A DNA stretch of 63,116 nucleotides, counting the filler, from Stramenopiles sp. TOSAG23-2 (taxonomy: Eukaryota), in the NCBI GenBank assembly GCA_900128395.1. It is 8 parts of 8 records of this genome, joined end to end, with 100 filler letters (N's around TTAATTAATTAA, not from the genome) between each part and the next. Parts side by side here need not be neighbours in the genome. Positions count along the whole stretch, not along the records: positions 23,432 to 35,012 come from LT649916.1; 7 more parts are not named here. One strand, 5' to 3'. Both the position numbers and the translations under genes were made by a program. Below the pieces are notes generated by a model. That model was not told where the DNA came from, did no database searches, and saw nothing but the letters and a program-made list of their open reading frames with translations. This document shows, piece by piece, positions 23,433 through 33,268 of the stretch (positions within the stretch are counted from its first letter, which is position 1; every line of letters begins with the position of its first letter).

Positions 23433-24410
23433 CATGTTGAAGTTGTAAATGCATTATTAAACAAAGAATCAATTGCATTAAATCAACCAGAAACCGATAA
23501 TGGGCAAACGCCACTGTATATTGCTAGCAAAAAAGGCCATGTTGAAGTTGTAAATGCATTATTAGGCAAAGAATCAATTGCATTAAATCAAGAAACAACT
23601 GATAATGGGCGAACGCCATTTTATATTGCATGTGAACATGGCCATGTTAAAGTTGTAAATGCATTATTAAACAAAGAATCAATTGCATTAAATCAAGAAA
23701 CAACTGATAGTGGGCGAACGCCACTTTATATTGCATGTGACCAAGGACATGTTGAAGTTGTAAATGCATTATTAAACAAAGAATCAATTGCATTAAATCA
23801 ACCAGAAAATGATAATGGGCAAACGCCACTATATATTGCTAGCAAAAAAGGCCATGTTAAAGTTGTAAATGCATTATTAAACTTAGAAAAAATTGCATTA
23901 AATCAAGAAACAACTGATAATGGGAAAAAAACGCCACTTTATATTGCATGTGAACAAGGACATGTTGAAGTTGTAAATGCATTATTAAACAAAGAATCAA
24001 TAGATATAAATAAAAGATCAAACAAACGTTTAACCGGTTGGACATCACTTTATATTGCAAGCAAAAAAGGCCATGTTGAAGTTGTAAATGCATTATTAAA
24101 TAAAAAATCAATTGATATTAATATAGAAACAGAATCGGGCTTTAGTTATGATACACGTAATGGGCAAACGCCACTTTATATTGCAAGCAAAGAAGGCCAT
24201 GTTGATGTAGTAAATGTATTACTGAAACAAGATAAAATTGATTTTAATAAAACAACACCGAAAGGGAAGACACCACTTTATATTGCATGTGAACATGGAC
24301 ATGTGGCAGTTGTAAAGGCATTGATCCGTCAAAAATCAATTAATGTGAATCAAGTACTAAGTAAAGGCAAGTCAGTAATTGACATTGCAAAGGAGAAAGG
24401 GCATAAAGTA
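23433..24410 (+). repeat. Tandem ankyrin-coding repeats, mostly 105-nt units
   Basis: The His codon of the GH motif lies at 23433, 23538, 23643, 23748, 23853, 23961, 24072, 24198, 24300 and 24402. Confidence 0.9.
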
Positions 24411-25100
24411 TTAGTAGAATACTTTGAGAGTCTTTTTGGTACATGTTTAGTCACATTGGAAGGGCATTCAAATACTGTCTATTCAGTTGTGTACAATCAT
24501 GATAGTACAAAAGTATTATCAGGATCGGATGACAAGACAATTAAAGAATGGGATTTAAGTACAGGTATATGTTTAGTCACACTGGAAGGGCATTCACGTA
24601 GTGTCTATTCAGTTGCATACAATCATGATAGTACAAAAGTAATATCCGGATCGGATGACAAGACAATTAAAGAATGGGATTTACGTACAGGTACATGTTT
24701 AGTCACATTGGAAGGGCATTCAAGTCATGTCTATTCAGTTGCATACAATCATGATAGTACAAAAGTAATATCAGGATCGGATGACAGTACAATTAAAGAA
24801 TGGGATTTACATACAGGTACATGTTTAGTCTCATTGAGAGGGCATTCAAGTGGTGTCAATTCAGTTGCATACAATCATGATAGTACAAAAATAATTTCAG
24901 CATTGGTTGACTATACAATTAAAGAATGGGATTTAAGTACAGGTACATGTTTAGTCACATTGAGAGGGCATTCAAGTGGTGTCAATTCAGTTGCATACAA
25001 TCATGATAGTACAAAAATAATATCAGGATCGTGTGATGATAAAATTAAAGAATGGGAGAAGAGAATGTTTACCATAGAAAATATTGATGATGTTAATTAG
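23433..25100 (+). CDS. Ankyrin-repeat plus WD40-repeat protein, 5'-truncated at contig edge
   Basis: One open frame runs from 23433 (HVEVVNALL...) through 24303 to TAG at 25100. It has at least 9 ankyrin repeats (TPLYIA...GHVEVVNALL) followed by 5 WD40 repeats. Confidence 0.9.
   Translation, partial: HVEVVNALLNKESIALNQPETDNGQTPLYIASKKGHVEVVNALLGKESIALNQETTDNGRTPFYIACEHGHVKVVNALLNKESIALNQETTDSGRTPLYIACDQGHVEVVNALLNKESIALNQPENDNGQTPLYIASKKGHVKVVNALLNLEKIALNQETTDNGKKTPLYIACEQGHVEVVNALLNKESIDINKRSNKRLTGWTSLYIASKKGHVEVVNALLNKKSIDINIETESGFSYDTRNGQTPLYIASKEGHVDVVNVLLKQDKIDFNKTTPKGKTPLYIACEHGHVAVVKALIRQKSINVNQVLSKGKSVIDIAKEKGHKVLVEYFESLFGTCLVTLEGHSNTVYSVVYNHDSTKVLSGSDDKTIKEWDLSTGICLVTLEGHSRSVYSVAYNHDSTKVISGSDDKTIKEWDLRTGTCLVTLEGHSSHVYSVAYNHDSTKVISGSDDSTIKEWDLHTGTCLVSLRGHSSGVNSVAYNHDSTKIISALVDYTIKEWDLSTGTCLVTLRGHSSGVNSVAYNHDSTKIISGSCDDKIKEWEKRMFTIENIDDVN
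24438..25054 (+). repeat. Five near-identical 126-nt WD40-coding repeats
   Basis: GTCLVTLEGHS..V.SVAYNHDSTK...SGS.D.TIKEWDL units start at 24438, 24564, 24690, 24816 and 24942. Confidence 0.92.
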
Positions 25101-25546
25101 TGAATTGGATTAGTGAATTCTATTATTTGTACATTCCAGATGATATCCACCGGGTCAGTTCTAATTGTGGTGGTCGTTTCTGAGGGTATTAATATCTACC
25201 AAATAATGTTTCTGAGTGGTATTAATATCTACCAAATAAATATTGCAAGTTGTTTAAGAAGAAATTGTGCTGTTGCTTTGTTTTTAAACAAAGTGATGAA
25301 AGTGAGAATTGTACGTTGAGATGAATGTGGATGCATTTGATTGTGATAATGCTACAAGTGGCATTGATGATGTCAATCATGTTAGTGGTGGTGTTGAGTA
25401 CCATCAGTTGTGAAACATCGTTGTTTAGCTTAAGTTTAATTCATAGAAGTATCAACAAAGATAATTTAAATATAAAATATTGGAAGATGTTTAAACTGAA
25501 ATTGTGTTGTTGGTTTGTTGATAACAGAAGTGATAAAAGTGCTACA

Positions 25547-25568
25547 GTTAGGGTTAGGGTTAGGGTTA
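25547..25568 (+). repeat. Interstitial telomeric repeat G(TTAGGG)3TTA
   Basis: GTTAGGGTTAGGGTTAGGGTTA read directly from the sequence. Confidence 0.85.
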
Positions 25569-25845
25569 ATGTTCTACGACCAATTTGGTCGGATATTTTA
25601 CCAATCAATGGTGTTGTAAAGAATTCAACTAAGGCTGACATAGTTGCATACCGTGATAAGTTTTTAACAGCATTAACAGGGCTTCCGCTTAAACGAGTAA
25701 CTAAATTTGGCCCAACGTTGGCAAGCAAAACACCATTCATAACTAGGCAAAACACACCGCGGCTAATTACTTTCATCAATTTTTTTATTTTTTCTACATT
25801 TTGTGCCTCCTCCGCATTTTCTAATTAGGATTGCGTAGCTGACAT
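25569..25845 (-). pseudogene. Truncated MFS transporter (TetA/MFSD14-like N-terminus)
   Basis: ATG at 25845, in-frame TAA at codon 7 (25827-25825), two hydrophobic segments, then MFS motif A PLIGKISDQIGRR. The frame then runs straight into (TAACCC)3. Confidence 0.7.
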
Positions 25846-26627
25846 TTTATATATTATTGTATCTTATTATTATTAACTATTATCAAAAATTATCCTGTTG
25901 ATTGATTAATAGTACTATATCTATCTCTGTATAGTATATTTTTTGTCCACCACACGCATCTCTGTTGGACATAAAACTGTGACTTGTGACGCACCACTTT
26001 CACCACATCTCACATATATTCACACATAGGAATAAGTTATAATAAGTACTCGTATACTTACAGTACTGTAGAGCTAGCTAGCAGGCTAGCTAGCCCAGGG
26101 CTACCACCGTGGCCTGGGATACCTACCACATAAAGTATGATAAATACGACACCAGGTGCAGCATAACCGTTCCACTGTTGCTAGAATTTATCTTTTAATA
26201 GAAAACTCTTTCTTTTTTGGAGGAGTAGAGGAGTCTAGGTACCAGAACTATTTTTTTAATTAATGAATAAATATATACTTTCACGACGACGTACAGGATT
26301 GAGAAAAAAAATAGTGGTTTGGTGCTGTGTGTATGTGTGTATTAATAATATTATATTGTTTTTTTGTCTTATTTGAATGGTGGTAATCTGTTCTGGCAAT
26401 CCAGCAATCATCCAGCAATTGTTTTTTTTTTAAAAAAAGGCTGCTGGAAAATAACCATCAAAAATCTCCCGCCATGCTATCCCCATGCTACCAGTCCTGA
26501 TCTTTGGTACAGAAGGAGTACTATACCTGAGGGCGTAGTGTGTGGCCGTTTTAAGTATAATTTGGCTATTTCTTTTCATTGTAGGATGCTAACACCATGT
26601 TAATTAGTACCCCAAGCTACGTAAAAC

Positions 26628-26784
26628 GTAAAAACCTTATGTTAACTCACAGGCTACCATTTGGTGAGACCATTTGGGGCTCTATACCGTATCTATTCGA
26701 ATCCGGTGCATCATCCAAAAGATCCCAATAAAGGTAAAAACCTTATGTTAACTCACAGGCTACCATTTGGTGAGACCATTTGGG
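26628..26784. repeat. 51-bp perfect direct repeat, two copies, 55-bp spacer
   Basis: GTAAAAACCTTATGTTAACTCACAGGCTACCATTTGGTGAGACCATTTGGG at 26628-26678 and 26734-26784. Confidence 0.9.
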
Positions 26785-27107
26785 TGCTGATACTCAACCC
26801 TTCTCGGAAAAAAAAAATTAAGATTCCTCTATAATTATAGATTTTAGCTTTTTTTTTTTTACTTCTGTTTTTTTTTGCTACCACAACACTAGTATCAAAC
26901 ACCATAGTGCCTATAAAGTCGTAGTGTAAACAGCAAACGAGATATTTTAAAAATAAAGCTGAAGTTAGCTTTCCAGCTTTCCATACCTTCAGTAGTGTCA
27001 AACACCATGGTGCCTATGAAGTCGTGGTAATGCCGTAGTATATGATACTTAGATAAATTTTAAAATAAATATGAGTTATAAATATGAAAAATAAACAACA
27101 TGTCCTC

Positions 27108-30100
27108 TCAACAACCCCTATTGCCACCACGCCTCGAAGCCTTTGCCAACAACCGGCGACGGCTTGTCTCTGGCAACCCCGAATGCTTGATATTGTACGA
27201 GACATACTCTCCATCCCCAACAAGCATTAACGATCCCTTCGACGTCTTAAACACCATCGTCTCCGTTCTTGATCCCGTGCGGGTCAAACATGCGCACAGA
27301 GAGGGAGATGCCTCGCATGAAAAACGAAGCTTCCCGTTCGATGCCGTGACGCCATGAAAAAGGTCTTTTGCATCGCCAATGTCGAAGCATGTGCCAGTTG
27401 CTTTCGCTTTCCACGCTTCCAACTCACCAGACAAATCAAACGAATCACTCTCCGATACCTCCAACAAGCTTGTGCCACTGGTTTGTGAATTCTTCACGTC
27501 ACCCTCGTTCACGTCGTGACCAATTTTTAATGTATTTGTACGGGTTGGACTCGTATATTGTGTACCTTCCAAGATAAAATTGTACAATTCAAACTCAAAC
27601 ACGTTGCCAGTAAGCGTCATTTTGAACGACAGGGGTTGGTCTACCCAGTGGTGGTTTAGCTCGGTCAACGAACAGCCATTTTTACGACATTCGAAATAAT
27701 CTTTCGTATCTTGACAGCATTGATGCTTGTCGGAATACATTTGCAAACCAACTTCGGTTCGAGGCAAGTAGTTTCTATTGGCACACTTATCGTTAATTTC
27801 ATGTTTCAAATACGGAGATTCTTTGTCCAGCTGTGCAATCATCACCCATTCGCCGTTGAGATGTTGTAGTGACACGTCGTTCCCTTTGAACAGTGGTGAG
27901 GTGCACTTGTCGGTGACACGGAATTTAGCGGTGGATGCCAACGCACGCTTGAAAGCAGCATCACGTCCGATATCCTTGTCTAAGAAAATCATGGCCATGT
28001 TGACGACAGTTGGATTTGCCAAATCTAAGTTGTACTCGGTGCAAAACTCGTCTTGCATTTGNNNNNNNNNNNNNNNNNNNNNNNNNNNNNNNNNNNNNNN
28101 NNNNNNNNNNNNNNNNNNNNNNNNNNNNNNNNNNNNNNNNNNNNNNNNNNNNNNNNNNNNNNNNNNNNNNNNNNNNNNNNNNNNNNNNNNNNNNNNNNNN
28201 NNNNNNNNNNNNNNNNNNNNNNNNNNNNNNNNNNNNNNNNNNNNNNNNNNNNNNNNNNNNNNNNNNNNNNNNNNNNNNNNNNNNNNNNNNNNNNNNNNNN
28301 NNNNNNNNNNNNNNNNNNNNNNNNNNNNNNNNNNNNNNNNNNNNNNNNNNNNNNNNNNNNNNNNNNNNNNNNNNNNNNNNNNNNNNNNNNNNNNNNNNNN
28401 NNNNNNNNNNNNNNNNNNNNNNNNNNNNNNNNNNNNNNNNNNNNNNNNNNNNNNNNNNNNNNNNNNNNNNNNNNNNNNNNNNNNNNNNNNNNNNNNNNNN
28501 NNNNNNNNNNNNNNNNNNNNNNNNNNNNNNNNNNNNNNNNNNNNNNNNNNNNNNNNNNNNNNNNNNNNNNNNNNNNNNNNNNNNNNNNNNNNNNNNNNNN
28601 NNNNNNNNNNNNNNNNNNNNNNNNNNNNNNNNNNNNNNNNNNNNNNNNNNNNNNNNNNNNNNNNNNNNNNNNNNNNNNNNNNNNNNNNNNNNNNNNNNNN
28701 NNNNNNNNNNNNNNNNNNNNNNNNNNNNNNNNNNNNNNNNNNNNNNNNNNNNNNNNNNNNNNNNNNNNNNNNNNNNNNNNNNNNNNNNNNNNNNNNNNNN
28801 NNNNNNNNNNNNNNNNNNNNNNNNNNNNNNNNNNNNNNNNNNNNNNNNNNNNNNNNNNNNNNNNNNNNNNNNNNNNNNNNNNNNNNNNNNNNNNNNNNNN
28901 NNNNNNNNNNNNNNNNNNNNNNNNNNNNNNNNNNNNNNNNNAGAAAATCATGGCCATGTTGACAACAGTTGGATTTGCCAAATCTAAGTTGTACTCGGTG
29001 CAAAACTCGTCTTGCATTTGTGTTAATGTTTTTTGGTTGCGAAACTTGATCGACTTGTCTAGGTGTGGGCAGGTTTGATGCTCCAACTTAGCAATTTTGG
29101 ATTCTAGTTTGGAGTTTTGTAATTTTACCTGACTCTTCATTTGGGTATTCAGTTTCGATTCTAGTTTGGAGTTTTGTGCTTTTAGTTGGTTATTTTGGCT
29201 ATTGATTTTTGATTCTAGCTTTGAGTTTTGTGCATTTAGTTTTGATTCTAGTTTGGAGTTTTGATTCGTCATAAACGTATGTACATTTTCCTCAACCTTA
29301 GTTTCCACATTCTTCAACATGGAACCATCAACTACACCAGCGGCCCCGGTCGCACCTCTTTCACCGTCAACACCGCGTGGCGCATGAAATTCAACCCAGT
29401 TCCCTGATTTCAAATCTAGATATGGCAACTTTGTTGCAACAAATTGTTTTTTCTCTGCTACGTACATGGAATCATGGTTGTCCTTGCTTGATTTTGAAAA
29501 AACATAATCACCATGATGATACGTTTCTCCAGTTATAAACTGTTTTAATGTTAAACCAGTACCGTCATTACCACGTTCTCCTTTTAGGCCTTGAGCACCA
29601 CGTTCCCCTTTTACACCTTGAGCACCAGCCTCGCCGTTTATCCCTGTTGCTCCACGTTCACCTTTCGGTCCACTTTTCCCTTCTCTACCTTTTTCGCCAC
29701 GTTCACCTTTTTGTCCCACCATCGAACCTTTTGCTTTTTCCACCATTTTGTTGACATATTCAATCATATCCACGTGGTGCTCCACTTTTATTCCAGCGAC
29801 ATGACTTAACACAGATGACGTGCAAATATCTTGGGGGCCATCCACTGCCGCGGACAAGCTTTCTTTACTACCAACATGTGCTCCTTGCTCGTGCAAACGA
29901 CTATACAACGTCACTTTACAATCTTTTGGAACACGTATACCTTTCAACCCATTCACACGCACAACGGATTTTGATGGTTTGTATACATTACTTGACCGTG
30001 TATGAAAATCACAAGTGTCGTACGTCTCTACTCCAGCACACAGTGGCACATCGTTCCATAGCAAACGCCGTCTTCTTTGTTGTTTCTCTGTCATCGCACT

Positions 30101-32902
30101 CAAATCGTTTCCTTTAAACAGCTCTTTAAATCGCATATGGAACGAATGAAACATGTGATGGTACGAGTGAAACAACTGACACATTTGCATTTCCGTGTTG
30201 TGTGGAGATGCGAATACACGCGGTCCACACAAGTTGATCTTTGAAAACATGGTTTCCACGTGTTTATCTAGCTTGCTCGTGCCATGTGGAAAACTTGTTG
30301 ACAAAGCTTTCTCCATGCCTTTGCGAACTAGACTTTTTTTGCCCAACAAATTATCTATTTCACCCCATAGATTTTCTTTCGTGGCATTTCCTCCTTGTGC
30401 CATTGCAAACGGGATCATATCGATTTGCTGGATTCCTTTGGGCGCTTTGCAATCACCGGGAATCGTTGCACAGCATATGTTTGGCCAAAAGTCTTTCGAT
30501 GTTTTGTTCACTTTGTATTCTCTCAACGTCTCATCAAACGCTTTACGAAACACACAATACGCATTGACTATGTGATCGCGATTGATATTCAAACAGTTGA
30601 CATCATCATCTTCATCGCTCATCGAAACTGCTGGAAAGACGATTATTGCATGTTTTTTTGTTTTTGTATCCACATGTTTCTGGCGTTCACAATACGAGAG
30701 CTGGAGATTCTTGTCATGTTTTCGCGCATTGTACTGTGCAATGATATCGTTTTGTGTCCACTCCCGTTGCAAATGGGCGCGTGCATTTTGAGACATAGCA
30801 GTTGCTTTGATCACTTTGCCTTGGGTATCTCGAACGTCCGTAATTTGCTTGACTTGCTCGGCTGATACTTTCTTTAAACGATGTACTTCCTTTTCAACAA
30901 GTGGATCCACGCATGTCATTGTATCTTTTCTTGCCACCAAGTTGGAGGAGCAAGTAGTGCATTGGACTTGACCACCGATTGACACTTGGTTGTCTTTGCA
31001 ACGATAACACGGTGTTCCCCTGCCTGTGTTGCCAAAATTACGAGGGCAATTGTCATAAACAAATGCATTGTTTTTGTTACATTGACCTGAGCCATCATGT
31101 CCAAAACATTCTATTTTACCCTTTGACGTCAGACCACAGTTAGTATTCTGAAACGAACTTACACTGACAAATACTCCATCCCCAGCCGATTTTGGATTTA
31201 TTGCTTCATTAATTTGAAGTTGGTCATTGGCACCAAAACACTCGATCTTTCCATTGGACGTTAGTCCGCACGTATGATACGTGCCAACAGATACGTTTGT
31301 AAACACACCACCTTGCGACGGTCCTTTTGGCATGTATTTATTGCATTGGCGCGCATGATCTTTTCCAAAGCATTCAATTTTTCCTTTGCTGGTTACACCA
31401 CAGTTATGGTATGTTCCTACAGCTATATCAACAAATACACCATCCTTTGCCTTTCGTGGCATTTTATAGTTACTTTGTTTATTGCTACCACTTCCAAACC
31501 TATCGTCGCCAAAACATTCTATTTCGCCGGTAGCAAGCAAGCCACATGTATTCAACCCGCCTGCTTTCATCATGGTAAATTTACCATGCTGTGCTCTTTT
31601 AGGTTTCTCCCCGTTTGAGCACCCAAAAATGTTTCCTCCCCGGCATTCTATGACTCCATTTGATGTTAAGCCACACACGTGATCGACACCTCCACTTACG
31701 CTTACAAACGTCCCACCACTTTTTGTAGTAATAGGCGATCCATAATCCTTTGCTCCGAAACACTCTATGGCACCTTTGGATGTTACCCCGCAGGTAAACT
31801 GAAAAGCAGCAGCAACATCTTCAAATACACCTTCTCTAGCACTTTTTACTTTGCCACCGTTCGATTCACCACGCGCGTTACCACCCCAACACTCAATTTG
31901 ACCATTTAATGATAAACCGCACGAATGGTATGTTCCGCTACTTGTTTTTTTGAACTCATAAAATCCCTCATTTGTGACTTTTAGGCTTCCGCCGTTTGAT
32001 TCACCGTTACCGTTTGAACCAAAACATTCAATTTTTCCGTTTGATGTTAAACCACAGGTATGCTTTGAACCAGCAGAAACATGTATAAAATGCCCCTCTT
32101 TAGCATGTTTTACTTTACCGCCATTCGATTGACCGTGGCTATCTGAATACATGCAACGTATGTTCCCTTTAGGTGTTAACCCGCAAATATGATAAAATCC
32201 CGCACTAATTTGCGTAAATATGCCGTTTGGTTTCAATTTCAAATCATTCTTAGTAGCAATATTCTGAATAAAACCCGTCGAGTTTAAACCAAACGTCATA
32301 TAACCAGATACACTAACGCTTTTGAAACCACCATTCGTTATAATTGGTTTTCCACCGTTTGTTTGACCGTGATGGTTGTCTCCAGTGCACTTTATCACAC
32401 CAGTCGCCAACATTCCGCAAACGAAACCATACGTCGTGCTTACTTGCACGAATATATCGCTAATACCGCACAAATCCCCACATTGAAGATATCCTTGACA
32501 CTCAATTTTTCCTTTAGAGGTTACACCGCAAGTACCATAATGGCCAGAACTTATTTGCGTGAACGCTCCTTCAGTCGCGTGCCACCTATGTCTTAATTTA
32601 CCAAAGTAAACTTTACCAAAGCATTCAACGCCTCCCTTCGAATTCAAACCACAAGTGTGAGTACTCCCTGTACTCACCTGCGTAAACACTCCCTCCGAGG
32701 CTACTCTTGGTTTGAAACCATTACACTGTCCGAACTTGTCACTCCCAAAGCATTCGATTTTACCCTTCACGGTTAAACCGCATGTATGACTACCACCGGC
32801 ACTAACGTTGACGAAAACAGGTGGTAATACCGTGCTCGCTGAGACAAGTGTGAAAACAGAGGCCAATATTGTCACCCACACACTCAACACAAACTTTCTC
32901 AT
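27108..32902 (-). CDS. Large secreted modular protein, ~1611 aa if the gap is closed: 14 RCC1/BLIP-II repeats, Cys-rich segment, core domain, crystallin-like segment, collagen, coiled coil, C-terminal domain
   Basis: Signal peptide MRKFVLSVWVTILASVFTLVSA, 14 FxxVSxGxxHTCGL...IECFG repeats, ~17 Gly-X-Y triplets and NSKLESK heptads. The 79 bp on each side of the N gap (27983-28061 and 28942-29020) match with 1 mismatch, and merging them gives a 4836-nt in-frame CDS. Confidence 0.8.
28062..28941. other. Scaffold gap (880 N) with duplicated flanks
   Basis: N run flanked on both sides by the same 79-bp sequence. Confidence 0.9.
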
Positions 32903-33268
32903 TATATAAATTGCAATGGTTCTTCTGAAAGTTAGTTATCAAGAATATTTCTATGGCAAAGTTGGTAATAATATGTAATAGAAACGCGCCGGGTTGTTAT
33001 GAAGTTGCACTACACCGTAAATTCTCGTCTCTCGTTTCTGATTGTACTATTTTCTACTTTCTTCTATTTTTTCAATTGACACAGTTACTGTTGCCCTTTT
33101 ATTTAATAATTAGTATTGGCTTTTTATTTTTTTCCTCCCTTTTTTTTGTGTACGAGGAGAGAGGAGAGTTTCCTCGTTATAGAGGTAAAAATCATTCTGC
33201 TATGATCTACACCTGTTACAATACAATGACTTATACTTGTGTTTCTGTGATAAATTTTCAATACAAAG

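Noticed and set aside
23433-25054. Possible diversity-generating retroelement template/variable repeat pair
   Set aside because: The repeats are in-frame coding units, no reverse transcriptase is present, and no separate non-coding template copy is visible.
25325-25828. 167-aa + strand ORF spanning the telomeric tract
   Set aside because: It is antisense to the MFS remnant, its VRVRVRV stretch is just translated TTAGGG, and it has no protein-like features.
26628-26784. Repeat-spacer-repeat resembling a mini CRISPR array
   Set aside because: Only two copies, eukaryotic context, and no cas genes.
27778-29078. Long ORFs running through N gaps (also 43565-44697)
   Set aside because: Artefacts of translating N as X.
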